Positions 10,830-19,747 are shown, counted from the stretch's first letter. The stretch is 32,000 nucleotides of DNA from Longivirga aurantiaca (GCF_042660085.1 NZ_JBHSTI010000008.1:660001-692000), one strand, 5' to 3'. The notes: a model not told the origin generated them from the sequence alone. A program made the numbers and translations.

Positions 10830-11737
10830 TCACCCTCCCCGCGCGGGTCGAGGATCGACTCGACAGCGCGGCCGACGAGGTTGAACGACAGCACCACGAG
10901 CACGACGCAGAGGCCGGGCGGGGCCAGCACCCACCACGCGCCCTGCGAGATGGCTCCCGAGGCGAAGCCCTCCTCGAGGATCGAGCCCCAGGAGACGGTG
11001 AGCGGGTCGCTGAGGCCGAGGAACGACAGCGTGGTCTCGGCCAGGATCGACAGCGACACCGCCAGCGTGGTGTTGGCCAGCACGAGCGGCATGACGTTCG
11101 GCAGCACGTGCTTGGTCATCTGGTGCACGTGGCCGCCGCCGAGCGCGCGGGCCCGCTCGAGGTAGGGCCGGCCCTCGATCGCGAGCGTCTGCGCGCGGAT
11201 GAGGCGCGCGGTGGCCGGCCACGAGGTCACGCCGATCACGATGATGATGTTGAGCATCGACTTGCCCAGCACGGTCGCGAGGACGATTGCCAGCGGCAGG
11301 TAGGGGATGACGAGGAACCAGTCGGTGACGCGGTCGAGCGTGCCGCCGAAGACGCCGCGGTAGTGCCCCGACGCGATGCCCACGGCGGTGCCGATCACCA
11401 TCGCGATGACCGTGGCGGCCAGGCCGACGGTCAGCGAGACGCGGGCGCCCCAGGCGACGAGCGCGAGGACGCTGCGACCTGTGTCGTCGGTGCCGAGCGG
11501 GAACGTCAAGGAGGGCGGCTCGAACGAGTCGCCGGTGGCCTGCGTGACCTCGAGCATCGACCGCGGGAACAGCAGGGGTGCGGTGATGGCCACCAGGGCG
11601 AAGAACGCGAGGATCGCGACGCCGGCCATCCCGCTGCGGCTGCGGGCGAACGACCGGCCGAACCGGCGTACGGAGGCACGGCGCCGGTCGCGCGCGACCC
11701 GGCGACCGCTGACCGCGGCCGAGGCGCCGGCGCTCAT
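10826..11737 (-). CDS. ABC transporter permease (DppC/OppC-like)
   Basis: FPLGTDDTGRSVLALVAWGARVSLTVGLAATVIAMVIGTAVGIASG...; multi-TM; 4-nt overlaps on both sides. Confidence 0.9.
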   Translation of the reverse strand: MSAGASAAVSGRRVARDRRRASVRRFGRSFARSRSGMAGVAILAFFALVAITAPLLFPRSMLEVTQATGDSFEPPSLTFPLGTDDTGRSVLALVAWGARVSLTVGLAATVIAMVIGTAVGIASGHYRGVFGGTLDRVTDWFLVIPYLPLAIVLATVLGKSMLNIIIVIGVTSWPATARLIRAQTLAIEGRPYLERARALGGGHVHQMTKHVLPNVMPLVLANTTLAVSLSILAETTLSFLGLSDPLTVSWGSILEEGFASGAISQGAWWVLAPPGLCVVLVVLSFNLVGRAVESILDPRGEGE

Positions 11738-12771
11738 GAGCGCACCCGCGGGTCGAAGTAGCCGTAGAGCAGGTCGGCGACGAGGTTGGCGAAGATGACG
11801 GCGCCGGAGAACAGCAGGAAGAGCGCCTGCAGCAGGGGCACGTCAGGACCGGTGAGCGCGTCGACCGTCAGCGACCCGAGGCCGTTGATGGAGAAGACCT
11901 TCTCGATCGTGATCGCGCCGCCGACGACGAATCCGAGGTTGAGGAAGACCAGGGTCATGGTGGGGAGCAGCGCGTTGGGAACGGCGTGGCGGCGTCGGAC
12001 CATCTTGTCCATGAGGCCCTTGGCGCGTGCGGTGCGCACGTAGTCCTGGCCTGTCTCCTCGATGAGCGAGGCGCGCATGACCAGGGAGTACTCCGCGAGG
12101 TAGATCACCGCGAGGGTCGTGACCGGTAGGACCAGATGCCACGCGACGTCGAGCACGCCCAGGAGCGACGTCGAGTCCACCCCGGGCGTCGAGAGACCGC
12201 CGATCGGGAAGACGCCGGGGAACGGTCCGATGCCGACGGCGAAGACGATCAGCACGATCATGCCGAACCAGAACTCCGGCATGGAGTAGAGGAACAGCGT
12301 GATGCTGGTGGCCCGACGGTCGAACTTCCCCCCGCGGTTCCAGCCGGCCCGGATGCCGAGCCACACGCCGATGGTGGTGGCGAGCAGCGTCGCCGTACCC
12401 ACGAGGAGGAGCGTCGGCCACACGCGGGGGAGGATCACGTCCCACACCGGGGCGCTGTACTTCACCGACGGGCCGTTCCCCGTGAACGGGTTGGCCAGGT
12501 AGGCGAGGAACTGCTCGCCCAGCGGCTTGTTGAGCGCTGCCCGCAGCTTCGCGATCTGCTCGGGGTCGACGTTGCGGCCGCGGGTGTAGAGCGCGATCGG
12601 GTCGCCCGGCATCACCCGGAACAGGAAGAAGTTGAACACCAGGACGAACAGGAACGTGCCGAACGCCGACAGCGTGCGGCCGAGCCCGTAGCGCACCGTC
12701 GGGTTGGACGGGCCCCACGATCCCGAACGTCGGGACCGTGGGGCCGTGCCGACCTCATGGAGGATCGCCAC
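11734..12771 (-). CDS. ABC transporter permease (DppB/OppB-like)
   Basis: VLVFNFFLFRVMPGDPIALYTRG...TLAVIYLAEYSLVMRASLIEETGQDYVRTARAKGL is the characteristic DppB EAA-loop context. Confidence 0.9.
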   Translation of the reverse strand: MAILHEVGTAPRSRRSGSWGPSNPTVRYGLGRTLSAFGTFLFVLVFNFFLFRVMPGDPIALYTRGRNVDPEQIAKLRAALNKPLGEQFLAYLANPFTGNGPSVKYSAPVWDVILPRVWPTLLLVGTATLLATTIGVWLGIRAGWNRGGKFDRRATSITLFLYSMPEFWFGMIVLIVFAVGIGPFPGVFPIGGLSTPGVDSTSLLGVLDVAWHLVLPVTTLAVIYLAEYSLVMRASLIEETGQDYVRTARAKGLMDKMVRRRHAVPNALLPTMTLVFLNLGFVVGGAITIEKVFSINGLGSLTVDALTGPDVPLLQALFLLFSGAVIFANLVADLLYGYFDPRVRS

Positions 12772-12777
12772 GAGGCG

Positions 12778-14658
12778 CTACTCCTTGTCGTCGTCCGATG
12801 AACCGCCGCCGCCGCGGCGGCCCACTGCGACGCCGATGCCGAGGACGACGAGCAGCGCCACGACGCCTCCGATGATCAGCGGCAGGTTGGACGAGCCGCC
12901 GTCGCTGTCGCCCGAGCCCGTTCCGGGGCTCGCCGACGCCGACCCGCTCGGGGTCTCGTCGGAGACCGGCTTCACGTTCTCGTACGACCAGGTGCCGTAC
13001 TGGAACAGGAGCGAGCCGGTCTCGGCCGGCTGCGGCACGAAGCCGGTGAACCGGTCGGAGCGGTACGCCTCGAGGTTGTCGTAGTAGTAGGTGACGATGT
13101 ACGGCGCGTCGTCGTACAGCTTCTGCTGCATCTGCTTGACCAGGTCGGCACGCTTGGCCGAATCGGTCTCGGCACCCTGCTGGTCGAAGAGCGCGTCGTA
13201 GGCCTCGTCGCAGTAGAACGAGTCGGACAGGTTGGCGAGGATCGAGTCGCCGTCCTTGTACGACCGGTTCGCGCAGGTGAAGGTCGAGAGCTGGTAGTTG
13301 GGGTCGGGCTCGACGACCCAGCCCCACTCGAACATGTCGAAGTTGCCCTGGCCGATGATCTCGGTGAGCGCGTCGGACGACACGGCCTTGACCTCGGTCT
13401 CGACACCGACGGCCGCGAGGTAGCCCTTGATGAACTCGACGCTCTTCACGGAGTTGTCGGAGTCGCTGCGGGCGAACAGGCGGAACGAGAGGCGGTTGCC
13501 CTCAGCGTCCTGGCGGATGCCGTCGTCGCCGACCGTGTAGCCGGCCGCGTCGAGCAGCTGCTTGGCCTTCTCCGGGTCGTACGTGACGGGGTTGGCCGGG
13601 TCGAGGTGGAGGGTCGAGTAGATCGGCGGGATGATCGTCGAGCCGACGCTGCCGCTGCCGCCGAGGACGCGGTCGACGAGGGCCTGCCGGTCGATCGACC
13701 AGCCGAGGGCCTGGCGCAGCTTGACGTCCTTGAGCAACGGGCTGCCGTCACCGATCGGCGTGCCGTCGTCGAGGGCTGCACCGGTGTTGAACGCCAGCTG
13801 GTTGAAGCCCGAGTAGGTGGCCGAGACCTTGGTGATGCCGGGCTCGCCCTCGAGCGACTCCCAGACGTTGGCCTCCATCGAGTCGGCGAAGTCGATCTCA
13901 CCCTTCTTCAGCGCCTGCCCGAGCGCGTCGGCGTTGCCGTAGATCCGGAAGACGACCTCGTCCACCGCGGGACGTCCGCCGAAGAAGGAATCGTTGGCCT
14001 TGAGGCGGATGAACTGCCCCACCTGGCGCTCGACCATCACGAAGGGACCGGCTCCGACCGTGGGCTCGGCCTCGGTGCCCTCGTTCTTGAACGACTGCAC
14101 CTCCTTCTCGTCGATGTCCTTCCAGATGTGCTCCGGGAGGATGTAGACGGCGAGGCGCTCCATGATCGGGGACGGCGTGCCGACGGTCATGACCACCGTG
14201 GTGTCGTCGGTGGCCTCGACCTTGGTGATGTTGGCCGTGTACGAGCCGAAGTTGGTCTGCTCGTACTCGCCGTCGATGATGCGGTTGAAGGTGTAGGCGA
14301 CGTCCTTGGCCGTCAGCGGCGCCCCGTCGCTCCACGTGAGACCGGCCCGGATCTTGTAGGTCCAGGTCTTCCTGTCGGCCGACTCCTCCCACGACTCGGC
14401 GAGGCCCGCGACGGGGGTGAAGTCCTCGGCCGAGGACGACAGCAGCGTCGGGTACTGGAGCTGGTAGATCTCGTAGGCCTCGGCGACGATGCCGGTGAAC
14501 GGGTTCGCCGAGTCGATGTCCTGGGTGATGCCGATGGTGAGCACGACGGGGTCGTCGGCGGCGGAGGCTCCGGCGCTGGCGCCCGAGCCGATCGTGACTC
14601 CGAGCGCGAGGGCGGCCGCGCCCGCTGCCGCCAGGATCCGGGTACGACGAGTCGTCAC
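12778..14658 (-). CDS. ABC transporter substrate-binding protein, family 5 (peptide/nickel type), with C-terminal TM segment
   Basis: Secretion signal VTTRRTRILAAAGAAALALGVTIGSGASA; ...LTIGITQDIDSANPFTGIV...GLAESWEESADRKTWTYKIRAGLTWSDGAPLTAKDVAYTFNRI; C-terminus SNLPLIIGGVVALLVVLGIGVAVGRR. GTG start. Confidence 0.88.
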   Translation of the reverse strand: MTTRRTRILAAAGAAALALGVTIGSGASAGASAADDPVVLTIGITQDIDSANPFTGIVAEAYEIYQLQYPTLLSSSAEDFTPVAGLAESWEESADRKTWTYKIRAGLTWSDGAPLTAKDVAYTFNRIIDGEYEQTNFGSYTANITKVEATDDTTVVMTVGTPSPIMERLAVYILPEHIWKDIDEKEVQSFKNEGTEAEPTVGAGPFVMVERQVGQFIRLKANDSFFGGRPAVDEVVFRIYGNADALGQALKKGEIDFADSMEANVWESLEGEPGITKVSATYSGFNQLAFNTGAALDDGTPIGDGSPLLKDVKLRQALGWSIDRQALVDRVLGGSGSVGSTIIPPIYSTLHLDPANPVTYDPEKAKQLLDAAGYTVGDDGIRQDAEGNRLSFRLFARSDSDNSVKSVEFIKGYLAAVGVETEVKAVSSDALTEIIGQGNFDMFEWGWVVEPDPNYQLSTFTCANRSYKDGDSILANLSDSFYCDEAYDALFDQQGAETDSAKRADLVKQMQQKLYDDAPYIVTYYYDNLEAYRSDRFTGFVPQPAETGSLLFQYGTWSYENVKPVSDETPSGSASASPGTGSGDSDGGSSNLPLIIGGVVALLVVLGIGVAVGRRGGGGSSDDDKE

Positions 14659-14706
14659 GTGATGCCCCTTCGGTCGACGCCGGCCGCGGCCCACCCCGCG
14701 GACGTC

Positions 14707-14722
14707 CTGACCGGTCAGTCAG
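14707..14722. promoter_or_regulatory. CTGAC-CGGTCA-GTCAG inverted repeat, candidate operator upstream of the ABC importer operon
   Basis: Same CTGAC-N6-GTCAG layout as the 8783..8798 site (13/16 identical). Also contains the perfect 12-bp palindrome CTGACCGGTCAG. Confidence 0.6.
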
Positions 14723-14851
14723 GTCGGCGTGGCGCATTCCTACCCCACCGATGCGCGAATCGGGACATTTGTGACCTGATCGTTTCAGGCGCGACATCTT
14801 CCGGCACGGACCGCGCGACGACGGAGCCCCTGCGTCGGTTAGCGTCCCGGC

Positions 14852-16948
14852 ATGCTCCAGCCTCCTGCGGCCGCCGTACGCCCCCGCACCACCGTGCTCC
14901 ACGGCGAGGAGCGGGTGGACCCGTACGCCTGGATCGCCGACCCTGAGGACCCCGAGGTGCTCGCGTACCTCGAGTCGGAGCGGGCGTACTACGACGCCCG
15001 GGTGGCGGGCCTGGCCTCGGCCCGTGAGGTGCTGTCGGCCGAGATGCGCTCCCGCCTGCCCGAGGTGGAGCCGAGCGCGCCGTGGGAGGCGGGCGGCTGG
15101 CGATACCGGCACGTGACGCCCGAGGGATCGGAGTACGAGCGGCTCGTGCGCCGGCCGGAAGCCTCACCGGACGAGCCCGAGGGGGTGCTGCTCGACCTGC
15201 AGGCGGTGCACGACCTCGGGGGGACGGGGTACGCCCGCGACGGCGTGCTCGAGGTGAGCCCCGACGGCCGGTGGCTCGCCTGGTCCGTAGACCTCGACGG
15301 CGACGAGGTCTACGCCCTGCGCTTCCGCGACCTCTCGACCGGAGCCGACCTCGACGAGGTCGTGCCGCGCACCTACTACGGCGGCGCGTGGTCCGCGGAC
15401 TCGTCGGCGTTCCTCTACACCGTGCACGACGACACGTACCGCCCGTTCCAGGTGTGGCGGCACGTGCTCGGTACCCCGGTCACGGACGACGTGCTCGTGC
15501 TCGAGGACCTCGATGAGCGGCTCGAGATCGAGCTGCATGCGTCACGGTCCGGGGAGTACGCCGTGATCTCGTTGCTGGGCAGGAGCTTCCGTGAGGAGCA
15601 CCTGCTGCGCCTCGACTCGCCGAGCGCGACGCCGGTGCTCGTGCGGGCGCGCGAGGTCGGCGTCGAGTACGAGCTCGAGCACGCCCCGGGCCTCGGCCCC
15701 GACGGCGGCGACGGCTTCCTCGTCACCACCAACCTCGGGGCGCCGGAGTTCCGCGTGATGTGGGCGCCGGCGTCGGACCCCACGACGTGGACGCCGCTGA
15801 TCGACGAGGAGCCGACCGTCCGCGTGTGGGGCGCCGACGCGTTCGCCGACGGCTTCGTGCTGTCCCTGCGCCGCGACGGCGAGGCGATGCTCCGCTTCGT
15901 GCCGCGTGAGGGGCAGCCGTTCGACGTGCTGCCGGACGACGCCGGCGGCATGGTGCGGATCGGGCGCACCGAGGACCACTCGGCCTCGGCCGTGACCGTC
16001 GTGGTCGACTCGTTCATCCGCCCGACCGTCTGGACCGACGTGACGTGGAGCGGCGCGCGCACGCAGCGGCACGTGCGCTCGACGGTCGGTGTCGACGCCG
16101 ACGACTACGTGACCGAGCGGCGGCTCGCTCCGAGCGCCGACGGCACGCCTGTGCCCGTGATCCTGGTGCGGCACAAGGACACTCCGCTCGATGGAACTGC
16201 GCCGTGCCTGCTCTACGGGTACGGCTCGTACGAGGTGTGCCTCGATCCCGACTGGGACTTCGAGCGGCCGCTGCCCTCGCTGCTCGACCGCGGCGTGGTC
16301 TACGCGCTCGGCCACCCGCGCGGTGGCGGCGAGATGGGCCGGCGCTGGTGGGAGGACGGGCACCTCGCGGCGAAGCAGAACACGTTCACCGACTTCGGCG
16401 CGGTGGCGGCGTACCTCCGCGACGGCGTGGTGTCGTCGGTGGTCACGCGGGGCCTGTCGGCGGGCGGTCTGCTGCAGGGTGCGATGTACGCGCAGTTCCC
16501 CCGGCTGTTCGCCGGGGTCGTGGCCGAGGTGCCGTTCGTCGATGTCGTGACGTCGATGCTCGACGCGTCGCTGCCGCTGACCGCGCAGGAGTGGCTCGAG
16601 TGGGGCGATCCGCGCGACCCGGTGCAGTGCGAATGGCTCGCGGCGTACGCGCCGATGGGCAACCTGCCGGCGCTGGCCGACCGCCCGCCGCTGCTCGTGA
16701 CCGGGGCCGTGCACGACCCGCGCGTGCTCGTGCGCGAGCCGGCCCGCTGGGTGGCGAGGCTGCGCGCGTCGGACCCTGCGGCTGGTGCCGGCGACGACCC
16801 GTCGTCGCCGGTGTCGGCGCGCACGGTGCTGTTCCGGCCGGAGACGGGGGCGGGCGCCCACGGCGGGCCGAGCGGGCGCTTCGCCGAGCTCGACTACGAG
16901 GCCGAGGTCTACGCCTGGGTGCTGGCGGCGCTGGGCGTGCCGGTCTAG
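14852..16948 (+). CDS. S9 family peptidase (oligopeptidase B / prolyl oligopeptidase type)
   Basis: 698 aa: RTTVLHGEERVDPYAWIADPEDPEVLAYLESERAYYDA...; YGYGSYE, TRGLSAGGLLQGAMYAQFPRLFAGVVAEVPFVDVV catalytic region. Confidence 0.9.
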   Translation: MLQPPAAAVRPRTTVLHGEERVDPYAWIADPEDPEVLAYLESERAYYDARVAGLASAREVLSAEMRSRLPEVEPSAPWEAGGWRYRHVTPEGSEYERLVRRPEASPDEPEGVLLDLQAVHDLGGTGYARDGVLEVSPDGRWLAWSVDLDGDEVYALRFRDLSTGADLDEVVPRTYYGGAWSADSSAFLYTVHDDTYRPFQVWRHVLGTPVTDDVLVLEDLDERLEIELHASRSGEYAVISLLGRSFREEHLLRLDSPSATPVLVRAREVGVEYELEHAPGLGPDGGDGFLVTTNLGAPEFRVMWAPASDPTTWTPLIDEEPTVRVWGADAFADGFVLSLRRDGEAMLRFVPREGQPFDVLPDDAGGMVRIGRTEDHSASAVTVVVDSFIRPTVWTDVTWSGARTQRHVRSTVGVDADDYVTERRLAPSADGTPVPVILVRHKDTPLDGTAPCLLYGYGSYEVCLDPDWDFERPLPSLLDRGVVYALGHPRGGGEMGRRWWEDGHLAAKQNTFTDFGAVAAYLRDGVVSSVVTRGLSAGGLLQGAMYAQFPRLFAGVVAEVPFVDVVTSMLDASLPLTAQEWLEWGDPRDPVQCEWLAAYAPMGNLPALADRPPLLVTGAVHDPRVLVREPARWVARLRASDPAAGAGDDPSSPVSARTVLFRPETGAGAHGGPSGRFAELDYEAEVYAWVLAALGVPV

Positions 16949-17367
16949 CGGTCGGCGACCCGGCGGACGAACGCGAGGCCGCTCCAGGTCTCGTCGATGG
17001 CGCAGACCTTGATGTCGACGACGCCGGCGCCGAGGCCCTCCTCGCGGACGACGTCGCCGGTGAGGTCGGTGGCGACGCCGCTCGCCTTCTTCGGCCACGC
17101 GAGCCAGAGCCGACCGGGTGTGGTGGTGCGGGCGATGTCGCGGGGGAGGTGCTTGATCAGCGTGCGCGCGTCGGTGCGGAAGGCGACGACCACGTCGTAC
17201 GGCGCCCTCCCGGCACGGCGGTGGATCTCGACGCCGTCGGGGAGAGGCGCGAGGTGCGTGCTCTCGAACCCCTCGGGCGCACCGTCGAGCAGCACCCGGC
17301 TGCCCGGCCTGATGCCGAGCTTGTCCGGCAGCGGCGTGCCGGAGTAGCCAGCCGGCGGAGTCGTCAC
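16945..17367 (-). CDS. DUF3052-like protein
   Basis: VTTPPAGYSGTPLPDKLGIRPGSRVLLDGAPEGF...PYDVVVAFRTDARTLIKHLP...GRLWLAWPKKASGVATDLTGDVVREEGLGAGVVDIKVCAIDETWSGLAFVRR. Confidence 0.75.
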   Translation of the reverse strand: MTTPPAGYSGTPLPDKLGIRPGSRVLLDGAPEGFESTHLAPLPDGVEIHRRAGRAPYDVVVAFRTDARTLIKHLPRDIARTTTPGRLWLAWPKKASGVATDLTGDVVREEGLGAGVVDIKVCAIDETWSGLAFVRRVADR

Positions 17368-17430
17368 CTTCGGGACGCTAGCGCGGCGAAAGGCCTGCGC
17401 GCCGGTGCTCGGAGGTGCACACTCCCGCGC

Positions 17431-17589
17431 ATGGATCCGGCCCACCCCGTCACCGCGCCCCTCGCGGACCTCTGCGACGGCGACCCGCTCGACCTCGAGG
17501 CCGATCCCCGGCTGCGGCTCGAGCGGCCCGCGCCGCCGGAGCCGTGCGGCCCCCTCTGCACCCCGTGGTGCCTGGCGTCGCACGCCTGA
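17431..17589 (+). CDS. Possible 52-aa small protein with four cysteines
   Basis: ATG 17431; MDPAHPVTAPLADLCDGDPLDLEADPRLRLERPAPPEPCGPLCTPWCLASHA; GGAGG about 15 nt upstream. Not supported by recognised homology. Confidence 0.3.
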   Translation: MDPAHPVTAPLADLCDGDPLDLEADPRLRLERPAPPEPCGPLCTPWCLASHA

Positions 17590-17623
17590 GCCTGGGCAGA
17601 TCGACGCTCCTGCTCCGACGTGA

Positions 17624-17640
17624 CTGGACAACATGTCCAG
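17624..17640. promoter_or_regulatory. CTGGACA-ACA-TGTCCAG inverted repeat upstream of phenylalanine 4-monooxygenase
   Basis: Perfect 7-bp arms, 3-nt spacer, 50 nt upstream of the ATG at 17691. Confidence 0.55.
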
Positions 17641-17690
17641 TGCGGCGATCCGTGGTTGAGCATCCGGCCGGTCGGTGCTGCCCTAGGGCG

Positions 17691-18590
17691 ATGTTCACCG
17701 AGGCCCAGCTCTACGCCCCCGTGGTGACCCGCGCCGACGGCGACGTCGTCGTCGAGCTCGGCGCCGACCACCCCGGCGTCGGCGACCCGGCGTACCGCGC
17801 CCGGCGCAACGCCATCGCGGCGCTCGCGCTCGACTGGCGCCCGGGGGAGCCCGTGCCGGCGGCGCCGTACACCGCCGAGGAGCACGAGGTGTGGCGGGTG
17901 GTGAGCGCCGAGCTCGAGCGCAAGCACGAGCGGCTCGCCTGCGCCGCCGCGCGCGAGGGGCGCGCACGGCTCGCGCTGCCGGTCGACCACATCCCGCAGC
18001 TCACCGACGTCACGGCAGCCCTCGCCCCGCTCACCGGGTTCACCTACCTCCCGGCCGCGGGTCTCGTGCCGCTGCGCGAGTTCTACGGGTCGCTGGCCGA
18101 CCGCTGCTTCTGGTCGACGCAGTACATCCGGCACCACTCCGTGCCGCTCTACACGCCTGAGCCGGACGTCGTCCACGAGGTGATCGGCCACGCGATCACG
18201 CTCGCGGAGCCGTCGTACGCCGCGCTCTACGTCGCCGCCGGTCGCGCGGCGCGACGGGTCGAGTCGGCCGAGGCGCTCGAGCTGGTGTCGAAGGTGTTCT
18301 GGTTCTCCCTGGAGTTCGGCGTCGTGCGCGAGGGTGGCGAGCCCCGGGCGTACGGCGCGGGCCTGCTGTCGTCGTACGGCGAGATCGAGGAGTTCGCGCA
18401 CGCCGACCTGCGCCCGCTCGACGTGGCGCGGATGGGTACGCAGACGTACGACATCACGCACTACCAGCCCGTGCTGTTCGCGGCCGAGTCGTGGCAGCAG
18501 GTGCACGACGTGGTCGGCGGCTTCTTCGACACCGTCGACGACGACCTCGCCGAGCGGCTGCTGCGCGAGGCCTCGACCGCCGCACGCTGA
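17691..18590 (+). CDS. phhA: Phenylalanine 4-monooxygenase (aromatic amino acid hydroxylase family)
   Basis: DHIPQLTDV...GFTYLPAAGLVPLREFYGSLADRCFWSTQYIRHHSVPLYTPEPDVVHEVIGHAITLAEPSYA...VSKVFWFSLEFGVVREGGEPRAYGAGLLSSYGE. Confidence 0.93.
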   Translation: MFTEAQLYAPVVTRADGDVVVELGADHPGVGDPAYRARRNAIAALALDWRPGEPVPAAPYTAEEHEVWRVVSAELERKHERLACAAAREGRARLALPVDHIPQLTDVTAALAPLTGFTYLPAAGLVPLREFYGSLADRCFWSTQYIRHHSVPLYTPEPDVVHEVIGHAITLAEPSYAALYVAAGRAARRVESAEALELVSKVFWFSLEFGVVREGGEPRAYGAGLLSSYGEIEEFAHADLRPLDVARMGTQTYDITHYQPVLFAAESWQQVHDVVGGFFDTVDDDLAERLLREASTAAR

Positions 18591-18619
18591 CCGGCGTACC
18601 GTCGACGCAGGAGGCTCGC

Positions 18620-18835
18620 ATGAACAGCTGGGGCTGGGTGCTGCCGCTCGTGCTGCTCGGGATCGGATCCGGCATCGCGTGGGCGTTCTTCTACGCATCG
18701 GTCGGCAGGCGCGGTGACGCGCTGCGCAAGGACGACCCGACGGCGGCCGGCGTGCACGATGCGGCGTTCATGCAGATGGCGAACCCGGCCGTGCTGCCGA
18801 TGCGCGACCGCTCGTTCGACAAGCCCAAGCACTGA
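18620..18835 (+). CDS. Small single-TM membrane protein
   Basis: AGGAGG upstream; MNSWGWVLPLVLLGIGSGIAWAFFYASVGRRGDALRKDDPTAAGVHDAAFMQMANPAVLPMRDRSFDKPKH. Confidence 0.55.
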   Translation: MNSWGWVLPLVLLGIGSGIAWAFFYASVGRRGDALRKDDPTAAGVHDAAFMQMANPAVLPMRDRSFDKPKH

Positions 18836-18841
18836 CCGGCG

Positions 18842-19747
18842 TCAGGCCCCCTCGGCGAGCAGTGCGGCGCGCTCGGCGTCGGCTGCCGCCTTCTCCTCCT
18901 GCACTCGCGTGCGCACCTCGGTGAGCTTCACGGCCATGCGGCCGAGGTCCGCGCGCAGGCGGCGAACGCCGTCGAGGCTGTCGGCGATGCGGCTCTGGGT
19001 GGCCCAGTCCGACCAGAAGTTGTCGAACCAGATGTCGAAGGTGCGCCAGTCGTCGGTGCGCGCGAGGGCCGGGTTGGCGAGCGCCAGCTTCACGTCGGCG
19101 AGCTCGGCATGCGCGTGCTCGAGCGCGCGAGAGACGCGGGCCATCGCGCCCTTCGCGTCGTCGATGCGGTCGTGCTTGATGGCGCTGCTGATCATGCCGC
19201 CGCCGAAGAACGTGTCGTAGGTGCCCCAGTCCTTCGCCGAGGTCAGGCGCGTCTCGGCGAGGCGCACCTCCTCGGACGCCGCCGACACCGCGACGCTTGC
19301 CTCGTAGAGCTCGACGAGCTGCTGGTCGGCGGCGGCGATGCGCGCGTCGCAGGCATCGATCTGCGCGGCACGGGGATCGCCGGCAGCGCGCCAGGCCTCG
19401 TGCCGGGAGCGCTGCGCTGCGGCCAGCTCCTCCGCGCGGTCGGCGTACGCCCGCTCGAGCTGTACGCGGACGCCGTCGCGGTCGGAGAGCGTGCGGTCGA
19501 TGCGGACGTGCGCGTCGCGCAGCCGGGTCGCGGCCAGCTCGAGCTCGGCCGCAGCGGCCTCGCGCCGTGCCCGGCGACCTCCGCTGAGCAGCGCCTTGAA
19601 CGCAGTCCAGCGCGGCAGCTCGAGCGACTGCGCGGTCTCCTGCGCCTCGGCGTACCTCGCGGCAGCGGCGTCGTACGCCGCGTCGTCGGCCGCCACCTGC
19701 GCGTCGAGCCTTCGTGCGGTGCCGAGCAGGTCGTCGATCTCGTTCAT
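18842..19747 (-). CDS. Hypothetical coiled-coil protein of unknown function (301 aa)
   Basis: MNEIDDLLGTARRLDAQVAADDAAYDAAAARYAEAQETAQ...; Ala/Glu/Arg-rich helices flank WGTYDTFFGGGMISSAIKHDRIDDAK and WRTFDIWFDNFWSDW. Confidence 0.75.
   Translation of the reverse strand: MNEIDDLLGTARRLDAQVAADDAAYDAAAARYAEAQETAQSLELPRWTAFKALLSGGRRARREAAAAELELAATRLRDAHVRIDRTLSDRDGVRVQLERAYADRAEELAAAQRSRHEAWRAAGDPRAAQIDACDARIAAADQQLVELYEASVAVSAASEEVRLAETRLTSAKDWGTYDTFFGGGMISSAIKHDRIDDAKGAMARVSRALEHAHAELADVKLALANPALARTDDWRTFDIWFDNFWSDWATQSRIADSLDGVRRLRADLGRMAVKLTEVRTRVQEEKAAADAERAALLAEGA

Noticed and set aside
16045-17430. Upstream part of the 514-aa plus-strand ORF ending at 17589
   Set aside because: Out-of-frame overlap with the S9 peptidase, then antisense to the DUF3052-like gene. 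Only the terminal ATG-initiated 52 codons were kept, as a weak candidate.
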